In this document: positions 49,711-59,702 of the stretch, one piece after another
Numbering within the stretch: the first letter of the stretch is position 1
How the letters are laid out: every line of letters starts with the position of its first letter
Virus record (IMG/VR): IMGVR_UViG_3300046758_000611
Location: 106,222 to 170,221 of that record
DNA length: 64,000 bases
Reading direction: 5' to 3' (one strand)
DNA from: a virus
The notes under the pieces: model-generated
Told to the model about the DNA's origin: nothing
What the model saw: the letters and a program-made list of their open reading frames with translations, nothing else
Database searches by the model: none
Made by a program: the position numbers and the translations under genes

Positions 49711-51969
49711 TTACTTTTTGGTGGAATTTACCAATTCCATGTATTCAATAAGATTTTCCATAGAGTTAGTGTAGGAACCAGAACCATCTAAAGCACTTCC
49801 CATGAACCTTACCATTGGATACTCTTGGGAAAGCATATGAGGTATGTTCTTGAGGGTATATGACACCTTAGAAGTAAAGTAGGAATACAAGTTTCTTTCA
49901 CAATGAATATTTGTATATCTCGTAAAGTTTTCAAAGTCGTGAGACGATTGAGATTCTTCGTCAGAAACATTTTTTTCAGAATGATTATTAATGTTTATGA
50001 TTCTACGAATCTTCATTAATTCTTTTATTGTATCAGTATTACCAGATTCTTTAAGAAGAACACATACTCTTTTAAATACACGATTGTTAAGTAGATTATT
50101 AACAACCTTGTAAGAACCATCATGCTTGAAGTGATAAAACTTTCTTGCAATAACAGATTGATAAAGAGAACCAGTTTTATTTTTGAACGAAGATTCAATG
50201 TAATCGGAAATTACATCAAATACATTCTTGAAGTTATCATACTTTGTGAGTTTCTTGGTTTGAGCATACTTGATTCCGTAAATCTTAACATCATCTTGTT
50301 CAATGACCTTGTTAAGTAAAGTATTAAGTTTGCAAGTATTAGAATATTCACTATCATGGAAATAAATTTTCCAATTACGAATAGGAACATAATAAATAGT
50401 GTCCTTGGTATTCAAAGCAATTTCTTCTTCAGAACTCCAATTGCCAGCACTATTCCAACCATAGTCATTTATTTTCTCGTAAGCAATCACACTATCTTTG
50501 GTTGTAGTGGAAGAACTACGATTGGTGGGAGGTTTTTCCAATTCGGAAGTAACACTAACTTTATTTGGATAACCGATGAGTTTTAAATAGTTGCGTTCTT
50601 TGTCGGTAAACTCGTCAAATACAAGAACAACTTTGTTTTTATTCTCACGAACATAATGATTTATACGACTAACACTACCAGTTGGTAGATCGTTTTGAAA
50701 GAACTCTACATCAGCATCAAATGGAATGATACCATTAACATCACTTCTACGATTTACTTTATCAGCACCGTGGTATCTATTTCTTTTAGGAGAACCCAAC
50801 CAAAACAAACGATAATCCATTTTTTCAAGATTAGGATTCTTGGAAACATCTCCGTATCGTTCAGATACATCTATTCCATTCCAAGATAGTTTTTCAGTCC
50901 ACTTGAAGTGTCCAATGCTTCCACTTCCGTTGCGATCAATGTCAGAGTAGTATTCTTCGTTGTAACCAACCATACTATTAAAAAGAATACGAGCATCCCA
51001 AAAGTTCTCACAATCATTTAATTGCTCGTTCATAATATCCTTAATTTCGTTGTAAACACGTTCAACGAAATTAACCATATACTCACGACCTTCACTTGTC
51101 CAACCGATTTCTTCACGACTTGCAGTAACATCTAGATTTCCGATAGGAACACGAAATACCAAGTTACTAACCAGTCTACGATATTCGTAAGTGTTGCTCC
51201 ATCCGTGCTTTTTTTCAAAGTCATCAGAAACATCAGAGAAATTGAATGGATAAGCAACATTACCCATAAGAATAATAGAATCAGAATAAGTAAGTTGTGA
51301 ATCTACATAATACCAATCTTTTCCTTCAAGTCTCTTGGTAGGAACTTTAACTTCTTCTTTCGTTGATCCGATAGTAAGATTAGGAGTTACATCAAAGTAA
51401 CCTAGAATGCGTTGTGCAGACTCACGAAGTTTATCGTAAGTATTTGCTTCAGTAGGAGTAAACTTGATTTCAGTACCAGATGCTTCATCAGTATTCTCTT
51501 CAGAGATGATAGAAAAGTTTGGGACATCCGCATCAAGATAATTGATAACCGTAGTCTTCTTACCATCCTTTACAGAAGTAACCGTAAACGCATCACTAAG
51601 AGTAAAAGGAGTTTTACTTCCTAATCCCATACAGCCCACAAAGTCGTTGCTATGAGTTTTGTTGCTATCAAAGTAAGTAGTATAAGTAGTTTCAAGTTCT
51701 TGTTTGCTCATACCAATGCCATAGTCCCTAATAGAGAACCAAGGCTCTGCCACACTAGGCAGGTGTACATCAAAAGGTGTATGGATATTACCTTTGGCTA
51801 CGTGAGCATCATATGCGTTAGTAGATAACTCACGAATAGGAGCAGCTATTTTGTCACTATATAAACCATCACTTAATATCTTAAATGCTTTTGCTGATGC
51901 CTTGATTGAATACTGAGTAGTATTAGGTAATGTATTACTTACTACGTTAGGAGCTGTTTTAAGTTGCAT
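49711..51969 (-). CDS. rIIA: rIIA-like protein (GHKL ATPase N-terminus)
   Basis: LYSDKIAAPIRELSTNAYDAH, RDYGIGM, GCMGLGSK, MGNVAYP, ASRE. Confidence 0.92.
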   Translation of the reverse strand: MQLKTAPNVVSNTLPNTTQYSIKASAKAFKILSDGLYSDKIAAPIRELSTNAYDAHVAKGNIHTPFDVHLPSVAEPWFSIRDYGIGMSKQELETTYTTYFDSNKTHSNDFVGCMGLGSKTPFTLSDAFTVTSVKDGKKTTVINYLDADVPNFSIISEENTDEASGTEIKFTPTEANTYDKLRESAQRILGYFDVTPNLTIGSTKEEVKVPTKRLEGKDWYYVDSQLTYSDSIILMGNVAYPFNFSDVSDDFEKKHGWSNTYEYRRLVSNLVFRVPIGNLDVTASREEIGWTSEGREYMVNFVERVYNEIKDIMNEQLNDCENFWDARILFNSMVGYNEEYYSDIDRNGSGSIGHFKWTEKLSWNGIDVSERYGDVSKNPNLEKMDYRLFWLGSPKRNRYHGADKVNRRSDVNGIIPFDADVEFFQNDLPTGSVSRINHYVRENKNKVVLVFDEFTDKERNYLKLIGYPNKVSVTSELEKPPTNRSSSTTTKDSVIAYEKINDYGWNSAGNWSSEEEIALNTKDTIYYVPIRNWKIYFHDSEYSNTCKLNTLLNKVIEQDDVKIYGIKYAQTKKLTKYDNFKNVFDVISDYIESSFKNKTGSLYQSVIARKFYHFKHDGSYKVVNNLLNNRVFKRVCVLLKESGNTDTIKELMKIRRIININNHSEKNVSDEESQSSHDFENFTRYTNIHCERNLYSYFTSKVSYTLKNIPHMLSQEYPMVRFMGSALDGSGSYTNSMENLIEYMELVNSTKK

Positions 51970-52104
51970 AATAGATGATAGTTGATGTAATATATGTTAG
52001 TTGATTATTAGAAACTGAATAAGGTCTACGATTTATTATAGTTATATTATAGTTCTTAGAAAAAAATGAATTCCTCTATCTCTCGTATTTCTCATTATGA
52101 TATC

Positions 52105-52133
52105 ATCTTACCATAATACCCCTTAGACGTCAA
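52105..52133 (-). promoter_or_regulatory. sigma70-like promoter upstream of rIIA
   Basis: TTGACG-N17-TAAGAT with TG extension. Confidence 0.65.
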
Positions 52134-52226
52134 CATCTATTTTTATAATTTTTTTATAATTTAGAATTATTATGTAGGTTGGGTAAATATTCCCCCAAAA
52201 AATTGATGTATGCTACTTAATACTAC

Positions 52227-52484
52227 TTAGTTAGGATACACAGGTTCTACAATGCAGTTTGCTTCTAAAGAGATTTCATATGCTTGATCCATGTTTACAC
52301 GATCTCCTACACTAACAACTCTTGGTTTTGATCCTGAGTTTTTGTTTATTTCAAAGCATACACCATTTTCAATTTTCATAATTTCAAAATGAGCATCACT
52401 AGCCAGCATAGCAGTAGGATGACTTTTTACATATCTTTTTAGATACACATATGTAGTGCCTTCTGATGATTTACTATTAAACAT
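52227..52484 (-). CDS. Small protein, tandem paralog family member 4
   Basis: FEIMKIEN...VSVGDRVNMDQA. Confidence 0.65.
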   Translation of the reverse strand: MFNSKSSEGTTYVYLKRYVKSHPTAMLASDAHFEIMKIENGVCFEINKNSGSKPRVVSVGDRVNMDQAYEISLEANCIVEPVYPN

Positions 52485-52513
52485 AATAGGGAATTATATA
52501 GTGTCCCCAAAAA

Positions 52514-52795
52514 TTAGTCAAGAAGCATTTCTATATTATCATCTTCCGAGTACACCGGTGTTACTACAACAGAATAAGTTCTTTCAATTTGAGTGGCTTG
52601 AGATAAAGTAATTCTTTCTCCTACTTCTAATTGTAGTTGTGGTCCATCTCCATCTGCTTCTTTAGCAAGTTTATTAACTTTAACTACAACCAGATTTTCC
52701 AACTTTCTTATTTCATAGCATTTCTCAGGATGCTCAATTGCAATAGGATGTTCTCCTACATAACGAATTAAATATATCTTTTGATTATTGTTCAT
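52514..52795 (-). CDS. Small protein, tandem paralog family member 3
   Basis: YEIRKLEN...LEVGERITLSQA; likely start ATG 52795. Confidence 0.65.
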   Translation of the reverse strand: MNNNQKIYLIRYVGEHPIAIEHPEKCYEIRKLENLVVVKVNKLAKEADGDGPQLQLEVGERITLSQATQIERTYSVVVTPVYSEDDNIEMLLD

Positions 52796-53048
52796 TTGAA
52801 GTATTCCATTTCCCAAGAAACGGTGAAACATAATCTGTGATTTTAAGTTTTGATTTTCTTCCGAGCAATTTTGATTGTTCTGGAGTAATTGTATCACCTA
52901 CACACATTTCTATTTGCGGTCCTTCTCCTTGTTTTAAATTGATTATTTTGTTTATTGCTACCGATGTAGCATTTTCAATGTCTTTAATTACAAAAAACTC
53001 ATTTTTAGTTTGAGTAACGTTTCTTTCTAAGTGTACTATTGGTTTCAT
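52785..53048 (-). CDS. Small protein, tandem paralog family member 2
   Basis: FVIKDIEN...MCVGDTITPEQS. Confidence 0.65.
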   Translation of the reverse strand: MKPIVHLERNVTQTKNEFFVIKDIENATSVAINKIINLKQGEGPQIEMCVGDTITPEQSKLLGRKSKLKITDYVSPFLGKWNTSNEQ

Positions 53049-53051
53049 ATA

Positions 53052-53360
53052 TTAATCGTTAAGTAAATCTAAATCTTTAGAATCCCTTTCCACTATTTCA
53101 ACAGTTTCATAATTGTTTTGATAATTACGGGTTTGTTGTACCAAGTGCTTTACTTGGAGTTCGTTAAGAAATTCCCCCACTCTTACTTCTTTATCAGTAA
53201 ATCCGAAGGGATCGTCTAAACTTTTTTCAGGAATAACAATAGATGCTTCGTTGATAATTTTTTTTATCTTATACGGCAGAGTTACACTCTTAGGGCAATA
53301 TTCAATAGTAACTTTTACACCCTTCGGTCTGTTTTTTCCCAATCCAAGTAAATTAATCAT
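53052..53360 (-). CDS. Small protein, tandem paralog family member 1
   Basis: YKIKKIIN...VRVGEFLNELQV. Confidence 0.65.
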   Translation of the reverse strand: MINLLGLGKNRPKGVKVTIEYCPKSVTLPYKIKKIINEASIVIPEKSLDDPFGFTDKEVRVGEFLNELQVKHLVQQTRNYQNNYETVEIVERDSKDLDLLND

Positions 53361-53390
53361 ATAAATATATATATTATATCATCGATAATT

Positions 53391-53783
53391 TTACGATTTT
53401 TTGATTTCATTTAGAAATATTTTATGTCCAATTGAATTTAACCAATTTTCGTATTGTTTTAAAACTTTAGATGTAATTGCAGGTGGTGATAACAACTGGT
53501 ATGAATCAAAGTCCATTGTTTCTGATACAGGTACTTTCAATGTATCGTGTAATTGATTAATTTTAGTGTAATTGATAGCAGACTCTGACATAAATTCCCA
53601 CTTAAAAATGTTAAACAGAGAATCCATTCCAAATATAATACAATCACGTTCTTCAGTATCAAGAGTATGAATAAAATCTAATTCATTGTGGGAATAAGGA
53701 TTTTTAACAATTTCTTTGCTTAAAGTTAGAATTTCACTTAAATCTGGCAAAGTATAGTATTTTTTTCCGTTTAATATCTTCAT
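53391..53783 (-). CDS. Hypothetical protein
   Basis: 130 aa ORF with ATATTTATA upstream. Confidence 0.55.
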   Translation of the reverse strand: MKILNGKKYYTLPDLSEILTLSKEIVKNPYSHNELDFIHTLDTEERDCIIFGMDSLFNIFKWEFMSESAINYTKINQLHDTLKVPVSETMDFDSYQLLSPPAITSKVLKQYENWLNSIGHKIFLNEIKKS

Positions 53784-54605
53784 TTATGCTAATTTTATAT
53801 ATAAATATTAAATAATTCGCACAAAAAGGTGATTACAGACGGTGTAGTACACGTATTCATAGGTTTTTTATAGTAAAATCTTGGGAAAAAAATTTATAAT
53901 CTGGATTTTTTGAGATTTTGTCCGAAAAAATAAAAAATCTGGTGTCTAAAATTCGATATGAGTAAAGATCTGACAAAAAAATGGTCATCCACACAAGAGT
54001 AGACTAGGCCGGCCCTTTTTTCGGCTTTAGTTGGCTGGGTTACAAAAAAAAATATTAGTATTTCTAATAGCACTATATGCACTATATGTTGTGTATATAA
54101 TACTATATGCTTATGAACATATACAATGACTTATTATATCAACTATATAAGATATTAGTATAATACCTACTACGTAAATAATAATATTAACAAGGATTTC
54201 CACGAAATTAACCAGTACAAAGCATTGTAATGGCTATTACACTTGCAAGAATAAGTGCTTTTTTCGTGATTTTTACTGTTTTTTCCGAAGAAATTATGTT
54301 TTTTGTTGATTTTATCACCTTCACCATGATAATAAATATTATAAAAACTCATTTTTTTGCATTATTATATCATTAGAAGCACTAATAGCCGTTTATATGC
54401 AGTTTTTGGTTGGAATTTATATAAGTTTATGTAATAATAGTATATAAATGAGCATACTCAGACATCATACTTGTAATATAATAAGATTATTTGCAATACT
54501 AAATATTTGTATTGCTTTAAGTGCGTTTATATTTGTTGTTAGTATACTATATGCTATATATGGTATATTATCAAGTATGTCCAGCCTTTTTGTTCGGATA
54601 GTAAA

Positions 54606-55094
54606 TTAAGTTTTACTTTGAAATTTGTAATAAACATGAACAATAATCAATAAAGTGATTATGCCCACGAAACCGGCCATGCTATCTAGCATCTCTTGAA
54701 TGTTATATACTACTATATTACCTAAAAAGAAATTGTCACCGAATAATATTACTCCTAATAATAACAAAGGTATAACACTAATCAATAACAATGTTATATG
54801 ACGAACATATTCATTAACGGTTTTAAAAATATTTTGTATATTGATTTTTTTCATTTTATTGGTATTTGGATTTTCCGCAATTTCTTCGTTATCACGGTCA
54901 ATTGCATAATTGCTCAACGGAGAATGAATTTCTATATAAGGTTGTTGTCGTTGTTCAGGATACTCAGCATAAAATAATTCTTGTGCTTCATCCGGTGAAT
55001 TTGCTTTATAGGTAACCGTTTTGTTGCTTAGTGGATTATCCGGGTGTTGTTTAAATGTGATATTATAGGTTTTTAATTTTTTTTGGGGATTCAC
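54606..55094 (-). CDS. Hypothetical membrane protein (2 C-terminal TM)
   Basis: Hydrophobic C-terminal segments; start uncertain. Confidence 0.5.
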   Translation of the reverse strand: MNPQKKLKTYNITFKQHPDNPLSNKTVTYKANSPDEAQELFYAEYPEQRQQPYIEIHSPLSNYAIDRDNEEIAENPNTNKMKKINIQNIFKTVNEYVRHITLLLISVIPLLLLGVILFGDNFFLGNIVVYNIQEMLDSMAGFVGIITLLIIVHVYYKFQSKT

Positions 55095-55389
55095 GTTTTT
55101 TTCGTAAGTTGCGTATTATCAACACTTTAAATTTTTTTTTTGCAATACTTTTTTATCGTGTAAGTTCAACGATAATACATACCACGAATAATACAATCAT
55201 TGTGTATGTAAAAATTTCAATCATATTTTTCTATGCGTTGCTTCACCTAAATATCTTGATATAGCATTACCAATAACTTGTGCTAATTCTTGTTGTGTTG
55301 TATCATTCAATAAATTTGGACTTATAACATTATAGCCATTGTCCGCAAGATATTTTTGTATAGCATCATATACTACATTGTTTATTGTT

Positions 55390-55722
55390 TCACTCATAAT
55401 TTAATTGCCGAAATGTTACTTCATATTTTTTGTTGTTAGAATCAATAAATGTAATATCACGTTTACCACTACGAAAATTATACCCACTGTCTGATTTAGT
55501 GTAACCTTGTGCTTTCATAGCAGATACAATAACATCATCTACTTCCATTGTTGTATTACGATTTAATTCCGCATTATCTACAATAGTATTTTCAGATTGT
55601 TGTTGATGTTCAGTAATTGCTTTTTCTACTTTTTGTGCAATCCATGTTCTTGCTACATTACTTTCGAGATTCAATTGCATTCCAGATAAGTTCTTTAATG
55701 CATCTTCTATTATTTTAATCAT
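55390..55722 (-). CDS. Hypothetical protein
   Basis: TTGACT-N17-TAATAT 6 nt before ATG. Confidence 0.6.
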   Translation of the reverse strand: MIKIIEDALKNLSGMQLNLESNVARTWIAQKVEKAITEHQQQSENTIVDNAELNRNTTMEVDDVIVSAMKAQGYTKSDSGYNFRSGKRDITFIDSNNKKYEVTFRQLNYE

Positions 55723-56085
55723 ATCTTAATATTATAATATAATTTGATATTAGTCAAATACTTTATGCAGAGCACACAGAGCACAACAGCATTTAAGCAG
55801 GGCTTGATATTTCAGTTGCTAATATTGGCTATAACCAGTATATGAACCAGAATATAATTTCTAATTTGAAAATTTAATTCACAATGTGTGTATACACCAG
55901 GTTGCGTAATATAGTACATGGATGTAATCTGCGATGATTTTAAACTGCTGTATTCATTGCAAAAACATTTGGTACTTTTTTTGACTTACGATAAACTTAT
56001 ATGTAACCCACCCTCCCACTCCTTAGAGTGTAATAAAGTTTTTATAATTTGTCAAGACTATTATTATAAAAAAGATATAAAAACT

Positions 56086-56166
56086 TTATTTTTTCATTAG
56101 TTCCGACCATACCCAAATACAGCCAGTTACTATCAGTATAATTGCTACTATAATCCATTCGTTCAT
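56086..56166 (-). CDS. 26-aa single-TM peptide
   Basis: TTGACT-N17-TATATT 7 nt before ATG; MNEWIIVAIILIVTGCIWVWSELMKK. Confidence 0.45.
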   Translation of the reverse strand: MNEWIIVAIILIVTGCIWVWSELMKK

Positions 56167-56910
56167 GTTATATAATATAGTATGATAATGTGAATAAGTC
56201 AAATTATTTTTGTCAAGTTTTTTATGATATATTTCCCCAAGAAAAATGAAGGCATTTTGGGTCTGGTTCTGTTCCCCTCCCACCATCCCTTGATGGTATC
56301 AAAAATTTTGCGAAAAGTCAACTCATAATAATGATAATAGTAAAGCTATAAGTAATAGTAATATACGCATACATAGTAATAGTATAACGCAATAGCAATC
56401 AGCACCTACTTTCAATAATATGCACCTAGCAAAAATATTTAACTGCCATATCGTAAGTTGCTATTATTCAGTATGTTGTGTAGGTAATGAATATAAGCAA
56501 TTATTTTTCGTAGGTGCTAATTGCTTTTTATCGGCCGTTGCTAGTGGGGGCAATGCATATTATCATTAGTAATAGTAATAAGGAATGTGTATGAAATGGC
56601 TTGACAGCAATAGTGTTTTTTGCTATGAGTAGCTATGGCATAATTAGGATGCCTCTGCGAGAAACCCCTATATTAAATTATAGGTGTGGTAGGCTCTCAG
56701 CCTTTATCAATCAGTATTTTATTATATTATACATAAATAAATGTATATGACTATCAATATATCTACCTTGATACCTAGAACGCATTTGACACCTATAATA
56801 CAAGGTTTATCATGCACACAAGGTTAAAAGGTATTTTTGGGGACATATAGCCCTACCTAAACGTATACTATATTTGTCTATTATGCTATTAGGCTATTAC
56901 TATATGAATA

Positions 56911-56999
56911 TTATCAATTAACATCAACTATCATCAACTATCATCAATTATCATCAATTATCATCAATTATCGTTAGTTGGTGGATGGGGACAACTAAC
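56911..56999. repeat. Six 10-bp tandem repeats (TCATCAAYTA) followed by an 8-bp inverted repeat
   Basis: ttatcaatta acatcaacta tcatcaacta tcatcaatta x3, then GTTAGTTG-N11-CAACTAAC. Confidence 0.85.
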
Positions 57000-57318
57000 C
57001 TGATGTTATACGCATTTAGCATTTATAGACGGGTAAGACGACGTTCATGCTATTTCATTTAACCTATTACTATTACTATTACTTATACTATGTTTATTAC
57101 TATTATGCATTATGCGTATATTATCTACTTTACTATTACTATTACTATTATTACTTGTATAGCTATTATCATTATCATTATGCTATATTTCCGCAAAAAT
57201 TTATATAACTTTTTCAGGCCATATCTAGTTCCCTTTTACGGGTAATTCGGTGGGTGGAAAACGAGGCCTAATAATAGATGAAATGAAGAAGAAATCAAAT
57301 GGTTGCGAAAGCAAGCAT

Positions 57319-58215
57319 TTATTTCTTTTGAATGAAATCTGAGTGCATATAATACTCTAAATTTTGAGGAGGATTTTTGTCCTCAATAGTATACCGATAA
57401 TCATCAATTTTGGTAAGACCTTTTCCACCACTAGAAACAACAACACCATTTGAAAAATGAGAAGCAATAGTAGAAAAACAACTTGAAGATTTAATCAAAA
57501 CATCTGCACGAAACATATAATATAAGTCCTGAATAGCATCTTCATTTATACGCAATTCCACATCCTTTAAATTTCTAAATCTATACAAAGAATCAATATG
57601 TTTAATAAGAGAATTAGCAATATCATCATTACGTTTGCCATCAAAAATTTTTCTCGAATCCTCGGTTATTATAATGATTTTAAGAGGTTTATTCTGATAA
57701 TTGCACAATGTATTATTGCGAACAAATTGAATAGCATCAAGAAAAAATTCATCACTATTTGCTCGTTGTTTAAATCTATTATTAAAACGAAACAAATCAC
57801 CTCTGCGAATATGAACCACTATATTATAGTAATCATAATTCAATGAATCAAGGGATGAATGAACGACACTTTTATTAAACTTTTCAAGATATAATTCTTT
57901 AACCATATTAAAATGATAAGGATGTTTTTTGAATAATCTAGGCACACAATTTTCACCTTTTCTACACATACCCATAAAAGTAATTTTATTATACTCAATA
58001 TCATCAATGTACAATTCGTTGTATCCAAGATTAAAAAATTCCTCGACTTTTTTTCCGTATTCATAATCATCTTTATGATGAGAACTTTTTACAAATGGAA
58101 CATGAACATACTCAACATCATCTGTAATTTTACAATACCCCCAAAGAAAAAATCGCCGTATCATTTGAGCACCTATGCCATCTCGTTTTTTATCATCAAA
58201 TGCTAAATATTTCAT
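57319..58215 (-). CDS. Fucosyltransferase-like glycosyltransferase (GT11/GT23-like)
   Basis: DGIGAQ, VHIRRGD, SSCFS; likely ATG 58215. Confidence 0.7.
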   Translation of the reverse strand: MKYLAFDDKKRDGIGAQMIRRFFLWGYCKITDDVEYVHVPFVKSSHHKDDYEYGKKVEEFFNLGYNELYIDDIEYNKITFMGMCRKGENCVPRLFKKHPYHFNMVKELYLEKFNKSVVHSSLDSLNYDYYNIVVHIRRGDLFRFNNRFKQRANSDEFFLDAIQFVRNNTLCNYQNKPLKIIIITEDSRKIFDGKRNDDIANSLIKHIDSLYRFRNLKDVELRINEDAIQDLYYMFRADVLIKSSSCFSTIASHFSNGVVVSSGGKGLTKIDDYRYTIEDKNPPQNLEYYMHSDFIQKK

Positions 58216-59446
58216 ATCAAAAGGTATAATCCAAATATTGAATATCATTAGCATATTTTGAAACAAGCAATTTTTTTGTTTGTTCTGAATAATACTCTGA
58301 ATAGTGATTATGATAAGTAGAGTTTTTAATCTTTAATTTACTTTTAGGTTTATTTATCATATCGCACAATGTATCATAATCATTTTGTAAGTTTTCGTAT
58401 CTTCCCACAAAATTCATTTTACATACATCATTCATATAAATAAAATCATAATTGGGTAATAAGTGCTGGTGAATAGATTGTTGTCTTTGTGTATATTCAA
58501 GATCTTGTGCAATGAAATGATCAAATGTTGGATGTTCGTTTTCATAGTTCTTATGAATTTTACAACGATAAAAGTATTCTGAAACCGCACGTTCAAATGG
58601 ATTTCTAATAAAACTGAATTTGAAATAATCATCAAATTGTTTCGTAGAAAGATAATCATATTCTAATAATTGTGATATACTATAATGTTGTCTATATAAC
58701 ATATGTGCCTTACTCCAACCAATAGGATTTCTTTGATCTGTAAATTCCTTGGTAATTGTTTGTGTGGCAGTTTTTGGTATTTCCACAAACACTATTTTTA
58801 AGTTATGATCAATCACACATATAAATATGATTTTGATGATTTATCGTTTCCACCAAAAATCGTGAGCATATAACCAATATCTACGGTCATACCAATATAG
58901 AATATAACGATCATAATACCACATGGAATAAAACCAACCATATTCTTCACTGTATAAAAAATTTTGCTCGATTCCGAAACTGAATACCCACCCTAAATCT
59001 TCACGATATATCCATGTATCGTATGTGGTACTTTGTATAGTAGTAGAATAAGTCCATCCGTGGTTATCTATATATCTCCATTCATAGTCATCGTAAGGAT
59101 CATCAATAATACTAAGTTTAGGTTCTTTTATAGTAGTATCTACTTTATGAACATTATTTGGTTCTTCCGAAAAATTTTTCCTCGATGGGTCTGGCAACAT
59201 ATCTCTTGCTGGAATGCCAAATGGATCGGGTTTGCTTTCATTCAAGATATTCATTGTTTTCTGAAATTGTTTGTTACGAGATAAACATCTTGAGAAATGA
59301 ATACCAATATCTAATGGTTCGTGAGCATTTACGGTTTTGCAATATTTACATCCGCAGAGAAAATCTGAGATTTGAGGATAATATCTACCAGCAAATAAAT
59401 TACATACAATCAATAAACCACTGTATATTAAAAAAATTTTGCTCGA
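57643..59446 (-). repeat. Right cluster of TCGA-(purine-rich)-T-tract motif, mirror orientation
   Basis: Copies at 57643-57657, 58033-58046, 58956-58971, 59170-59185, 59430-59446. Confidence 0.75.
58217..58816 (-). CDS. Sulfotransferase family 2 protein
   Basis: IPKTATQTI (5'-PSB), RNPFERAVSEY (3'-PB), FVGRYENL, YANDIQYLDY. Confidence 0.88.
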   Translation of the reverse strand: MIDHNLKIVFVEIPKTATQTITKEFTDQRNPIGWSKAHMLYRQHYSISQLLEYDYLSTKQFDDYFKFSFIRNPFERAVSEYFYRCKIHKNYENEHPTFDHFIAQDLEYTQRQQSIHQHLLPNYDFIYMNDVCKMNFVGRYENLQNDYDTLCDMINKPKSKLKIKNSTYHNHYSEYYSEQTKKLLVSKYANDIQYLDYTF

Positions 59447-59449
59447 CAT
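58841..59449 (-). CDS. Secreted/membrane-anchored protein with Trp/Tyr-rich C-terminal repeats
   Basis: N-terminal hydrophobic segment; WRYIDNHGWTY, WIYREDLGWVF, FLYSEEYGWFY. Confidence 0.65.
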   Translation of the reverse strand: MSSKIFLIYSGLLIVCNLFAGRYYPQISDFLCGCKYCKTVNAHEPLDIGIHFSRCLSRNKQFQKTMNILNESKPDPFGIPARDMLPDPSRKNFSEEPNNVHKVDTTIKEPKLSIIDDPYDDYEWRYIDNHGWTYSTTIQSTTYDTWIYREDLGWVFSFGIEQNFLYSEEYGWFYSMWYYDRYILYWYDRRYWLYAHDFWWKR

Positions 59450-59479
59450 ATGATAATATATATCATACTGATAGTATAA

Positions 59480-59701
59480 TCAAAAACAAACTAAATAGAT
59501 TATACACGGAATAGTAGAACCTATTATCGTATAAAACGCATCTAATATTTCAGGGTTTCCTTTTTTAGTCTTCGCATCATATATTTCTTTAGTTATTCCT
59601 GCTATAAATCCAAGAGAAAATAATAAAGGATGAATAAATCCGAATGAAGATAATACCAATCCTGCTATAAAATGCAATTGTTTGTCTAGTGGTATTTTCA
59701 T
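59480..59701 (-). CDS. Small membrane protein
   Basis: DKQLHF..G...KEIYD...DAFYT pattern. Confidence 0.65.
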   Translation of the reverse strand: MKIPLDKQLHFIAGLVLSSFGFIHPLLFSLGFIAGITKEIYDAKTKKGNPEILDAFYTIIGSTIPCIIYLVCF

Positions 59702-59702
59702 A

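Noticed and set aside
53894-54352. ORFs 53894-54082 and 54170-54352
   Set aside because: Short, low-complexity translations of A/T-tract non-coding DNA
56911-56970. CRISPR or mini-array
   Set aside because: Head-to-tail 10-mers with no spacers
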